From NCBI GenBank assembly GCA_963816355.1, contig CAWFKH010000003.1, forward strand, positions 288,001-352,000: 64,000 nt of DNA, given 5' to 3'. The stretch's first letter is position 1. The number at the start of each line of letters is the position of its first letter. The translations under genes and the position numbers were made by a program. Below are positions 29,767 through 38,890 of the stretch, in pieces. The notes beneath the pieces are model-generated. The model searched no databases and had not been told where the DNA came from. It saw only the letters and a program-made list of their open reading frames with translations. This stretch comes from an uncultured Gemmatimonadales bacterium. Lineage in GTDB: Bacteria > Gemmatimonadota > Gemmatimonadetes > Longimicrobiales > RSA9.

Positions 29767-32700
29767 ATGAGTAAGTACTGGAGAGTACTGGTTGTCCTCG
29801 CGGCAGCGGTGCTCCCGGTCACGTCGCTGTCGGCGCAAGAGCCGACGACGATCAGCGGCCGGGTGACGACTGCCGCCGGCCAGCCCCTCGGGGCGGCCAA
29901 CGTGTTCATTCCGTCGATGAGCATCGGCACGCTGACGAACAGCGACGGCCGCTACGTGCTTATCGTGCCGGCGTCGCGCGCCAGCGGCCAAACGGTCAAG
30001 CTGGAGGCGAACCAGATCGGCTACCAGACGAAAACGGCCGACGTGACGCTGAGCCCCGGCCGCGTGACCCAGGACTTCGTCCTCGCCGAGGATCCGCTCA
30101 AGCTCGATGAGGTCGTCGTCACCGGTCAGGGAACGAAGACCACGCGCGAGAAGCTCGGCGTCACCGTCACCAAGATGAACGCCGACGAGGTGGTCAACAG
30201 CCAGGAGAACAACCTGGTGGCCGCCATGGCCGGCAAGGCGCCCAACGTGAACGTGCAGCAGTCGTCCGGTGACCCGGGCGCCGGCACGTTCATTCGCATC
30301 CGCGGCGAGAACACGATCAACGGCGGCGTGCAGCCGCTCTTCGTCGTGGACGGCGTGCCGATCAACAACGACACGAACACGATCGAGGGCACGACCGGCG
30401 GCACGGCGGTCGCCAACCGCGCGATCGACATCAATCCGAACGACATCGAGAGCATCGAGATCCTGAAGGGGCCGGCGGCCGGCGCCATCTACGGTTCGCG
30501 CGCCGCGTCCGGCGTGGTCCTCATCACGACGAAGTCGGGAAAGCCGGGCACGAGCCGCGTCTCGCTGAAGAGCTCGATGTCCTTCGACGACGTCAACGAC
30601 ATGCAGCCGCTCCAGGTCCAGTATGGCCAGGGCGAGGCGGGGATCGCGTACGGCGAGGCGCCGGGTACCGACCTGGCCCCGACCTCCTCGGTCTCCTGGG
30701 GTCTGCCCCTCCCGTGCGCCCAGAAGGACGCGGCGACCGACCAGGTCACGAGCTTCTCCGGGTGCGCGCAGGGCGTCGATTACTTCGACCACGCCCACGA
30801 GCTCTTCCGCACCGGCACGCAGTTCGACAACACGCTCACCATGTCGGGCGGCTCGGAGAGCACGACCTACTACCTCTCGCTCGGCCGTACGGACGACAAG
30901 GGCGTCATCGACGGCAATTCCCAGTACCAGCGCTCGACCGTCCGCCTGAAGGGGAGCCACAGCTTCTCGCCGGTGGTCACGCTGAGCGGGAACCTCGCCT
31001 ACACGAACTCCGGCGGCGACCTGGTCCAGCAGGGGTCCAACATCAGCGGCCTCCTGCTCGGCGCGCTGCGCACGCCTCCGAACTTCAACAACTGCATCCC
31101 CGAGACGTGCTACCTCGCGTCCAACGGGCTGCACCGCTCCTATCGTTATCCGAATCCGACGGTGCTGGCGCGCACGCGCGGCTACGACAACCCGTTCTGG
31201 ATCTCGCGCGTGCTGAAGAACACGACGGACGTCGCCCGCACGATCGGCAACGTCGAGGCGAACTGGCAGCCGTGGGGTTGGCTCAACGTCAACTACGTCT
31301 TCGGCGCCGACATCACGGACGACAACCGCCTCTCGCTCTTCCCGAAGAGCTCCTCCAACGCCCCGTTCGGCTCGCTGATCCGGGCGAACTTCACGACCAA
31401 GATCTTCGACAGCAACCTGATCCTCACCGGCACGCACACGTTCAGTGACAACATGAGCGGCAGCCTGACGGTGGGTCAGAACCTGAACGAGGAGACGTTC
31501 AAGCGCTACCAGGTCAACGGCGATAACCTCATCGTCGGGACCGACCAGCTCGACTTCACCATCAGCCAGGTCCCGAACGAGTCGTACGCCCGCACGCGCA
31601 CGACCGGTTACTTCACGCAGGGGAACCTGGACCTGTACAACCAGCTCTTCCTCACGGCCGCGGTCCGGATCGACGGCTCGAACACCTTCGGCGCGGAGAG
31701 CAGCAACTGGTTCGCGTACCCGAAGTTCACGGCCGCCTGGACGTTCAGCGAGCTGCCGGCGTTCAAGAACCAGAGCTGGCTCACCTTCGCCAAGCTGCGC
31801 GGCGCGTGGGGCGTGGTCGGCAAGCAGCCGCCGATCTACACCAACGTCAGCAGCTACAACAAGCTCAACATCGCCGACGGCTGGACCAACGGCGTGCAGA
31901 CCATCTACAACGGCTTCGACGGCGTCGCCCACGAGGGCACCAAGGGCAACCCCGCCATCAAGCCGGAGCGCACCACCGGCCTCGACGTCGGCGGCGACAT
32001 CGCCGTGCTGGACGGCAAGCTCACCTTCGGCGCGACGTACTACACCGATGATACGAAGGACATCATCCTTCAGGTCCCGCTGCCGCCGAGCACCGGCTTC
32101 ACCGGCCAGTGGTCGAACGGCGCCGAGATCCAGAACCACGGCTGGGAGCTGACGCTCGGCCTGCAGCCGCTCAAGCGGACGAACTTCGCGCTCAACTTCG
32201 ACGCCTCCTGGGCGCAGAACAACAGCTGCGTGAAGGACCTCGCCGGCTCGGACTTCATCGCGCTCGCCGGCTTCACCGGTTCGCTCACCGGCCTCGCCGC
32301 GCCCGAGAAGGACGCGAACGGCAACATCACGAAGTGCTACGAGTACAACACGCTCTACGGGCAGGACTTCATTCGCTTCGGGAACGGCAGCCTCGTCGGC
32401 GGCGTCGACATCGACCAGGCGTTCCCGAACGCACCGAAGGGCGCGGTCTACATCGCGGACGACGGATTCCCGCTGCAGGATCCGCAGAACCGGCCGTTCA
32501 TCAACGTGAACCCGGACTGGACGGCGTCGCTGCGCACGACGCTCACGCTCTACAAGAACCTGTCGATCTCTGGGCTGCTCGACGTCAACCAGGGCAGCCA
32601 CATGTGGAACGGCACCAAGGGTGCGCTCTACTTCTTCGGCACCCACCTGGACACGCAGCCGTACCACGGCCTCGGCCAGGACGTCGTCTTCGGCGACTCC

Positions 32701-33066
32701 TATCTGCCGCAGGAGCAGGTGGACGGGCCCGGCAAGGGCAAGGAAGTCCTGATCAACGAGAGCTGGTTCGTCGACAACATCGGCAGCGGATTCACCGGTC
32801 CGTTCACGCAGTTCGTCGAGAACTCCAGCTTCGTGAAGCTGCGCGACGTCTCGCTCGGCTACACGGCGAGTGGCGACTGGGTGCGGCGCGTCGGCTTCTC
32901 GTCGATCGACCTGCGCGCCAGCGGCCGCAACCTGGTCACGTGGACGGACTACACCGGGATCGATCCGGAATCGAACCTGACGGCACAGAGCGCCGGCCGC
33001 GGCCTCGAGTACTTCAACAACCCGCGGATCCGCTCCTATGTCTTCACTGTCTCGCTGAATCGGTAG
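29767..33066 (+). CDS. SusC/RagA family TonB-dependent transporter
   Basis: Signal peptide, N-terminal extension, QPLFVVDG, DINPNDIESIEILKGPAAGAIYGSRAASGVVLITTK. Confidence 0.95.
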   Translation: MSKYWRVLVVLAAAVLPVTSLSAQEPTTISGRVTTAAGQPLGAANVFIPSMSIGTLTNSDGRYVLIVPASRASGQTVKLEANQIGYQTKTADVTLSPGRVTQDFVLAEDPLKLDEVVVTGQGTKTTREKLGVTVTKMNADEVVNSQENNLVAAMAGKAPNVNVQQSSGDPGAGTFIRIRGENTINGGVQPLFVVDGVPINNDTNTIEGTTGGTAVANRAIDINPNDIESIEILKGPAAGAIYGSRAASGVVLITTKSGKPGTSRVSLKSSMSFDDVNDMQPLQVQYGQGEAGIAYGEAPGTDLAPTSSVSWGLPLPCAQKDAATDQVTSFSGCAQGVDYFDHAHELFRTGTQFDNTLTMSGGSESTTYYLSLGRTDDKGVIDGNSQYQRSTVRLKGSHSFSPVVTLSGNLAYTNSGGDLVQQGSNISGLLLGALRTPPNFNNCIPETCYLASNGLHRSYRYPNPTVLARTRGYDNPFWISRVLKNTTDVARTIGNVEANWQPWGWLNVNYVFGADITDDNRLSLFPKSSSNAPFGSLIRANFTTKIFDSNLILTGTHTFSDNMSGSLTVGQNLNEETFKRYQVNGDNLIVGTDQLDFTISQVPNESYARTRTTGYFTQGNLDLYNQLFLTAAVRIDGSNTFGAESSNWFAYPKFTAAWTFSELPAFKNQSWLTFAKLRGAWGVVGKQPPIYTNVSSYNKLNIADGWTNGVQTIYNGFDGVAHEGTKGNPAIKPERTTGLDVGGDIAVLDGKLTFGATYYTDDTKDIILQVPLPPSTGFTGQWSNGAEIQNHGWELTLGLQPLKRTNFALNFDASWAQNNSCVKDLAGSDFIALAGFTGSLTGLAAPEKDANGNITKCYEYNTLYGQDFIRFGNGSLVGGVDIDQAFPNAPKGAVYIADDGFPLQDPQNRPFINVNPDWTASLRTTLTLYKNLSISGLLDVNQGSHMWNGTKGALYFFGTHLDTQPYHGLGQDVVFGDSYLPQEQVDGPGKGKEVLINESWFVDNIGSGFTGPFTQFVENSSFVKLRDVSLGYTASGDWVRRVGFSSIDLRASGRNLVTWTDYTGIDPESNLTAQSAGRGLEYFNNPRIRSYVFTVSLNR

Positions 33067-33075
33067 ACGGGGAGG

Positions 33076-34458
33076 ATGAACTTCATGCGATATCTCACGA
33101 GACGGACGGCGGTCGTGGCGGCCGCGGCGCTCCTGCTCGGCTCCGTCGGTGCGTGCGACTTCATCCAGTCGCCCACCGGGGATCCGAACGCGGTGCCGGT
33201 CGCGCAGCTCGACCAGCTGTTCACGACGGTGCAGGTCAACGCGTTCTTCATGACGGAGAGCGAGCTCGGGCGCATGCCCTCGATCTGGCTGCAGCAGATG
33301 AAAGGTGCCCAGCGCCAGTTCTCCGGTTATGAGACGTACGACTTCCAGGAGGACGTGGGCGACGACATGTGGCAGAACGTCTATCGCCACGGCGGCCTCA
33401 ACGACCTCAAGGAGGCGGAGGCGGCGGCCGAGGCGGCCGACCGCCCCGCCTACGCCGGGATCCTCAAGATCTATGAAGCGTACCTGATCGGCTCCGCGGC
33501 GGATGTGTGGGGCGACGTGCCCTACTCGCAGGCGGCCGATCCGGAGGTCGCGGATCCGGAGCTGGACGACCAGATGACGGTCTACCAGCAGGTGGAGTCG
33601 CTCCTCGACGAGGCGATCGGCAACCTCGGTGGCGGCGGCGCACCCGGCAGCGTGGACATGGTCTTCGGCGGCAACACCGCGAAGTGGATCGCGGTGGCCC
33701 ACACGCTGAAGGCGCGCTACTACATGCACACCGCCGAGGTGAACGGGGACGCGGCGTACCAGGCTGCGCTGAGCGAGGCGCAGCAGGGAATCACCGATCC
33801 CTCAGGCAACTGGCACGCCGTCCACTCCACCACAGCATCGGAGTGGAACGACTGGTACCAGTTCACGGCGCAGGACCGCTCCGGCTACATGGAGCCGAAT
33901 GACTTCATGGTCACCCTGCTCCGCGACCGGAACGATCCGCGGCTCGACCTCTACTTCGCGGAGTTCAACGCGGACAAGAGCCACTCGGACAACCTGCGCG
34001 GCACCGTCACCGGCACGTCCGGTCCGGGCGCGCAGAACTTCCCCCAGCCGATCGTGACCTGCTCCGAGGCCCAGTTCATCATCGCCGAGGCGCAGTTCAA
34101 GCTGGGCAACACCGCGGCGGCGCAGTCGGCGTACGAGGATGGCCTCGCCTGCCAGGAGGCGTACTGGGGCGTCACGCTTACGCCGAACGAGCCGGTCACG
34201 CTGCAGGAGATCATGACCGCGAAGTACATCGCGCTGTTCCTGAATCCGGAGATCTGGAACGACTACAAGCGCACCTGCTATCCCCAGGTCGTGCCGCCCT
34301 CCGGCGCGCTCGAACTGGCCGGGCACCTGCAAGTCCCGCCGGGGTTCTACTACCCGACGTCGGAGCGGCAGGCCAACCCGATGCTTCCGGATAACACGGA
34401 GGCGGTGCTCCGCAACACGAACGACCCGAACTTCTGCACCTACACGGGCGTCAACTGA
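33076..34458 (+). CDS. SusD/RagB family lipoprotein
   Basis: Lipobox VGAC; WGDVPYSQA; KYIALF..EIWNDYKRT..YPTSERQAN. Confidence 0.9.
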   Translation: MNFMRYLTRRTAVVAAAALLLGSVGACDFIQSPTGDPNAVPVAQLDQLFTTVQVNAFFMTESELGRMPSIWLQQMKGAQRQFSGYETYDFQEDVGDDMWQNVYRHGGLNDLKEAEAAAEAADRPAYAGILKIYEAYLIGSAADVWGDVPYSQAADPEVADPELDDQMTVYQQVESLLDEAIGNLGGGGAPGSVDMVFGGNTAKWIAVAHTLKARYYMHTAEVNGDAAYQAALSEAQQGITDPSGNWHAVHSTTASEWNDWYQFTAQDRSGYMEPNDFMVTLLRDRNDPRLDLYFAEFNADKSHSDNLRGTVTGTSGPGAQNFPQPIVTCSEAQFIIAEAQFKLGNTAAAQSAYEDGLACQEAYWGVTLTPNEPVTLQEIMTAKYIALFLNPEIWNDYKRTCYPQVVPPSGALELAGHLQVPPGFYYPTSERQANPMLPDNTEAVLRNTNDPNFCTYTGVN

Positions 34459-34475
34459 GCGGATCGTGACCTGAC

Positions 34476-34847
34476 ATGGGCAAGCCCCGTCTCTCCAGCC
34501 CCCTGTGGCTCGCGCTGCTCCTCCTCGGAGCGTGCGCGAGCTCGGGGCGGCAGGAGGGGCGGGGCGCGCTCGTTCAGGTGCAGGTGATCAACGACCTCAT
34601 CCCGCCGCGCTCCGTCACGGTCGAGATCTCCCCCTCTCAGGGCGGCAGCCGCATCGTGTTGGGTTCCGTCTCCCCCACCGCCGACCATACCTTCCGCTAC
34701 TCTCCACCCGTGACAGGGACCGATTACGTGATCACGGCGGTAAATGCAGAACGGAACCGGATCACGTCCCGCGCTTTCCCGATCCGGGTGGGCGACGTGG
34801 TGGTGTGGTCGCTGCGCAACAACGAGCTGGATCTTCGACGGCAGTAG
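34476..34847 (+). CDS. Small hypothetical lipoprotein
   Basis: LALLLLGAC lipobox; beta-rich; co-oriented after susD. Confidence 0.7.
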   Translation: MGKPRLSSPLWLALLLLGACASSGRQEGRGALVQVQVINDLIPPRSVTVEISPSQGGSRIVLGSVSPTADHTFRYSPPVTGTDYVITAVNAERNRITSRAFPIRVGDVVVWSLRNNELDLRRQ

Positions 34848-34851
34848 ACCG

Positions 34852-35313
34852 ATGACCTTCAGATCCCTTCGGCGCACCGCTCGCTGGGTGCCGCTCCTCT
34901 GCGCGCCCGGCTTCGCCGCCTGCTACTCGTACGTTCCCGTGGATTGGGGGGCGCCCGCCCGCGGGACGCCGATACGGGCCGAGGTGCACGGCGCGCCGAC
35001 CTACGAGGTGGGCAATCGCCAGCTCCAGGACATCGCGACCGTCAATGGGCAGGTGATCCTCTGGCAGCCGGACACGCTGGCGCTCTCCGTCTTCGACCTG
35101 CACAGCGCCGGCGGCCAGAGCTTCGACGGCTACGGCTTCACCGTCAAGGTGCCGCAGGCGGATGTCTCACGCGTCGCCATGAAGCGGCTCGACCACACGC
35201 GTACGATCCTCTTCTCGGTGGGGCTGGCTGTCGCAGTCGTGGCGATCGGTGGCGCCCTGGGCGGCGCGCTCGGGAGCGGCCCCGGTCCAGAGAATGGGGG
35301 AGCCACGAAGTAG
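34852..35313 (+). CDS. Hypothetical lipoprotein with C-terminal TM helix
   Basis: FAACYSYVP lipobox-like; hydrophobic C-terminal segment. Confidence 0.68.
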   Translation: MTFRSLRRTARWVPLLCAPGFAACYSYVPVDWGAPARGTPIRAEVHGAPTYEVGNRQLQDIATVNGQVILWQPDTLALSVFDLHSAGGQSFDGYGFTVKVPQADVSRVAMKRLDHTRTILFSVGLAVAVVAIGGALGGALGSGPGPENGGATK

Positions 35314-35362
35314 GGTAGGAGCTCCGGGCCGGCGCAGGGGCCGTCCTGCGCCCACTCCGCCG

Positions 35363-36217
35363 TCAGCGTCCGCCCGACCCGAGCGAGTTCCGCATCCACA
35401 CCAGCACCACCCCGCACCGCGCGTTTTTCCGGACGGAGTAGCGAGCCGGCGCCTGCACGCCGTGCACGTACACCTCGACGGCGGCGATGTCCTTCGGGCT
35501 CAGGTCGTTGGCGTTCGCGTGCGGCTCGTAGTGGCCATCGACGTAGTACTGGATCGGGCAGTCGGCCGCCTGGAAGGCGATGTTGCGGCTGCCGGTGAAG
35601 TTCGTGCCACCCGATTCCGGAGCGGAGCGCATCCCGGCGTTGCAGATGTCCATGAAGGTGCTGCAGTCGATGCGCATGCCCGGCACCATGCGGAGCATGT
35701 CGCTGAACACACGCGGCTGAACGCGCTCGATGTCCGCGCGCGTGATGAAGTAGCCGAGGCCGCGCTCCTTGCGGGTGTAGAACTCGAGCATGTTGTGCGA
35801 CGCGGTCCGCGGCACGCCGATCGCGCGCAGCGAGTCCAGCCGGATCGGCTCCGGCTGCAGCTCGATCATGATCGTCGTCGTGCTTCCGTCGACGACGCCC
35901 ACGCTCCGCTCCGTGGTGCGAAAGCCGAGGAAGCGGACGCGGATCACGTGTTCGCCCGCGGCGACGGCGTCGATGCGGAGCACGCCCCCTCGGTCCGTGA
36001 CGCCGAGGGACGTGTCGCCGTCGAAGAGGATCTCGGCGTCGGAGAGCGGAGCGCCGGTGGCCGATACGCGCACGTGCACGATCAGGCTGGCGGTACGCTG
36101 CTGTGCCGCGAGCGGCGTGGCGAGGGTCGTGATCAGGACGGTGGCGAGGGCCGCGATCCGGGCGGCGGCGAAGGCCGCGATCAGGGCGGCGCACGTGGAC
36201 GATTTGTGGAGCCTCAT
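35363..36217 (-). CDS. CarboxypepD-reg-like domain + TonB plug-like domain protein without beta-barrel
   Basis: TDRGGVLRI..VRFLGF; GYFITRADIER..DMLRMVPG..YYVDG..DIAAVEVY..CGVVLVW. Confidence 0.75.
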   Translation of the reverse strand: MRLHKSSTCAALIAAFAAARIAALATVLITTLATPLAAQQRTASLIVHVRVSATGAPLSDAEILFDGDTSLGVTDRGGVLRIDAVAAGEHVIRVRFLGFRTTERSVGVVDGSTTTIMIELQPEPIRLDSLRAIGVPRTASHNMLEFYTRKERGLGYFITRADIERVQPRVFSDMLRMVPGMRIDCSTFMDICNAGMRSAPESGGTNFTGSRNIAFQAADCPIQYYVDGHYEPHANANDLSPKDIAAVEVYVHGVQAPARYSVRKNARCGVVLVWMRNSLGSGGR

Positions 36218-36319
36218 CACGGACTCCCGGGTCGGTGGGACGGCGCGGCACCGGCAGCGCCGTCCTGCGCGTTGCCGCGGCGGGATCGGCGGCGTGTTCA
36301 TGCGGATCCTTACCCCTCA

Positions 36320-36348
36320 ACAATGACCGCGCCCCGCGCGTCTGTCAA
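36320..36348 (-). promoter_or_regulatory. sigma70-like promoter TTGACA-N17-CATTGT
   Basis: Read on minus strand ~100 nt upstream of the 36217 start. Confidence 0.45.
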
Positions 36349-36476
36349 TCGAGCCGGCTGGTCGCGGCGTGTCGCGCGGCGGCCGCGCGTGCCCCGCCGT
36401 CCCACTGGCGGAGGGTACCGGCGCCCGCCTACCTTCCGGGATCCGCACCCGCACCCGCTCGAGGAACACCGCCGCC

Positions 36477-36824
36477 ATGGAGCCTTACCGCGTCGACAAA
36501 CCGTGGGGCCACGAGCTCGTCTGGGCCCGCACCGACCGCTACGTCGGCAAGATCCTGCACGTCCGCGCCGGACACGCCCTCTCGCTGCAGTACCACGAGC
36601 GCAAGGACGAGACGATCCACCTGCTGCGCGGCCGGATGCGCTTCTGGGTCGGTCCCTCGATCGAGGCGCTCGCCGAGGTCGATTTCCCCGAGGGTTCGAG
36701 CCGTCGCATCACGCCGGGGACGGTGCATCGCATGGAGGCGGTGAGCGACATCGACATCCTCGAGGCGTCCACGCCCGAGCTGGAGGACGTCGTGCGGCTC
36801 GAGGACCGTTACGGCCGCGCGTGA
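36477..36824 (+). CDS. Cupin domain protein (mannose-6-phosphate isomerase-like)
   Basis: KPWGHE..LSLQYH..ET..PGTVHRM..DVVRLEDRYGR. Confidence 0.85.
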   Translation: MEPYRVDKPWGHELVWARTDRYVGKILHVRAGHALSLQYHERKDETIHLLRGRMRFWVGPSIEALAEVDFPEGSSRRITPGTVHRMEAVSDIDILEASTPELEDVVRLEDRYGRA

Positions 36825-37330
36825 GCGCGTACCTCGGCCTCGGCTCCAACGTGGGGGATCGGGAGGCGCAGCTTCGCGCGGCGATCGCCGCCCTCTCCGG
36901 GATCGGCACGATCTCCGCGATCTCCTCCGTGTGGGAGACGGAGCCGGTCGGCCACGCGGAGCAGCCGCGCTTCCTCAACCTCGTCCTCCGTCTGGACACG
37001 CCCCTGCCGGCCGAGGCACTGCTCACGCGCGCGAAGGAGATCGAGCGCGATCTCGGGCGGCGGCCCTCGGTCCCGAACGGACCCCGTTCCATCGACATCG
37101 ACCTGCTCTTCCACGACGACGAGCGTCGCGCCGACGGCGATCTCCGCCTCCCGCACCCGCGCGTCCTCGAGAGAGGCTTCACGCTGCGGCCGCTCGCCGA
37201 GATCGACCCTGGCCTGCGCCACCCGGCCACCGGCCGCACGATCGCCGATCACCTCTCGGCGGCCCGGGAGCTCGAGGCCGGCACGCCGCTCTATCCCGGC
37301 GAGCGGCTTCTCGGCGACGTCGCCCGATGA
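36821..37330 (+). CDS. folK: 2-amino-4-hydroxy-6-hydroxymethyldihydropteridine diphosphokinase
   Basis: AYLGLGSNVGDR, ETEP, FLN, GPRSIDIDLL, LPHPR; GTGA overlap. Confidence 0.93.
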   Translation: MSAYLGLGSNVGDREAQLRAAIAALSGIGTISAISSVWETEPVGHAEQPRFLNLVLRLDTPLPAEALLTRAKEIERDLGRRPSVPNGPRSIDIDLLFHDDERRADGDLRLPHPRVLERGFTLRPLAEIDPGLRHPATGRTIADHLSAARELEAGTPLYPGERLLGDVAR

Positions 37331-38541
37331 AGCGCTTCTCCCTCCTCGTCGCACTCGCGCTTCCGCTCGTCGCCGGCGCTTGCCGCGCGCAGCAGCCGGA
37401 CCCGCTCGCCGCCACCATCGCGGAGCTGCTCCCCCGCGTGGAGCGCCTGAGCGGACTGCAGGCGCGCGACTCGATCCGCTTCGCGCGCCGCAGCCGCGCG
37501 CAGCTCCGCGCCTTCCTGGAGAAGGAGCTCGACCGCGACCTGCCTCCCACCGAGCTCCGCGGCGTGCGCGGCGTCTACCGCCTGCTCGGCCTGATCCCCG
37601 ACACGCTCGACCTGCGCCGCCTGCTCCTCGACGTCTATACGGAGCAGGTCGTCGGGTTCTACGAGCCGCGCACGAAGACCCTCTACGTCGTCGCGGGCGC
37701 GACTCCCGGCGACTTCCGGCCGGTCGTCGCCCACGAGCTGGTGCACGCGCTCCAGGACCAGTACGTGGACCTCGACTCGCTCGTCTCGCCGAGTCGCGGC
37801 AACGACCGCCAGCTCGCGGCGCAGGCAGCGCTCGAGGGCCACGCCACGCTTGTGATGTTCCTCCTCACGCTCGAGGACGCCGGCCGCCCCGCAGATCCGG
37901 CCTCGCTCCCCGACCTCGCCGCCGAGATCCGCGGCGCCGTGCGGTCCCGGAACGCCGCCTTCCCCGTCTTCCGCGACGCACCCGAGATCGTCCGCGAAAG
38001 CCTCCTCTTCCCCTACTGGGGCGGGGCGCGCTTCGTCCAGGCGCTGTGGCGCCGCCACCCCAGCGCTCCGCCGCTGGATTCGCTCATGCCCGCCTCCAGC
38101 GAGCAGGTGAGCGAGCCGGATGGCCACTTCTTCCGCGAGCGCGACGAGCCCACACGCGTCCGCTTCGCCGGCGCACCGGCCGCCGGCCCGTGGCGCGTCG
38201 CTTACGAGAACACGCTCGGCCAGGAGGAGATCCGCGTCTTCCTGCGGCGCTGGCTGGACGACGACGCCGCCGCGGAGGGCTGGGACGGGGATCGCTTCCG
38301 ACTGCTCGAGAACGCCGACGAGCGCGCCCTGCTCTGGTACTCGGTGTGGGACGACGCGGCCTCCGCCGACCGTTTCGCCGCCGCCTACCGTCGCATTCTG
38401 CGGCTGCGCGGGCGGCCCGGCCGCGTCGACCGCTTCGAGCGCGCGGGACGGGCTCTGGTGCGCGTCGTCGACGCGGCCGCCGACCCGGACGCGGCCGCGA
38501 TCGGCCTGCCGGAACCCGATCTCGGTGCCTGCTGCCGGTGA
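37327..38541 (+). CDS. Lipoprotein with HExxH zinc-metallopeptidase-like motif
   Basis: VAGAC lipobox; EQVVGFY, AHELVHALQDQ, ALEGHA, GWDGD. Confidence 0.72.
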   Translation: MKRFSLLVALALPLVAGACRAQQPDPLAATIAELLPRVERLSGLQARDSIRFARRSRAQLRAFLEKELDRDLPPTELRGVRGVYRLLGLIPDTLDLRRLLLDVYTEQVVGFYEPRTKTLYVVAGATPGDFRPVVAHELVHALQDQYVDLDSLVSPSRGNDRQLAAQAALEGHATLVMFLLTLEDAGRPADPASLPDLAAEIRGAVRSRNAAFPVFRDAPEIVRESLLFPYWGGARFVQALWRRHPSAPPLDSLMPASSEQVSEPDGHFFRERDEPTRVRFAGAPAAGPWRVAYENTLGQEEIRVFLRRWLDDDAAAEGWDGDRFRLLENADERALLWYSVWDDAASADRFAAAYRRILRLRGRPGRVDRFERAGRALVRVVDAAADPDAAAIGLPEPDLGACCR

Positions 38542-38695
38542 GCCGGGACCGCAGCCCCCCTTGCGCCGCTCGCGCTCCCGTTTTATTTCGGGTCCCGTGA
38601 TCCCGATGACAGCAGCGGACCCCGCCGATCGTCCGGCGACTCGATCCCGCGATAGCGGCGGGCGAGGGTCCGCATAGCCCGCTCGGCGGGGTCGC

Positions 38696-38722
38696 TGTCA
38701 CATTTCGTCCCGTTCGAACGTT
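38696..38722 (+). promoter_or_regulatory. ECF sigma-type promoter TGTCACA-N16-CGTT upstream of susC2
   Basis: ctgtcacatttcg shared exactly with the susC1 upstream region; CGTT at the same spacing. Confidence 0.65.
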
Positions 38723-38890
38723 TATTCGAGACGGGTGCCCAGCCACGGACCGGGCACCGCGTCGGCACGCTTCTCCTCCAGCCTCAGCGAGCCCCTGTGG
38801 CTGCGGCGCGCTTCAACATAGAGCCGTTGTTCGAACCGTGTGACATCCCCACGTAGTCTGCCATTTCGTCCCATTAGGTCAGGAGGCAAC

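Noticed and set aside
29572..33729. Long antisense ORFs (1385 aa here; also 13222-16434, 38942-41941, 58159-61086, 6361-9099)
   Set aside because: Shadow frames of real high-GC genes with no recognisable motifs
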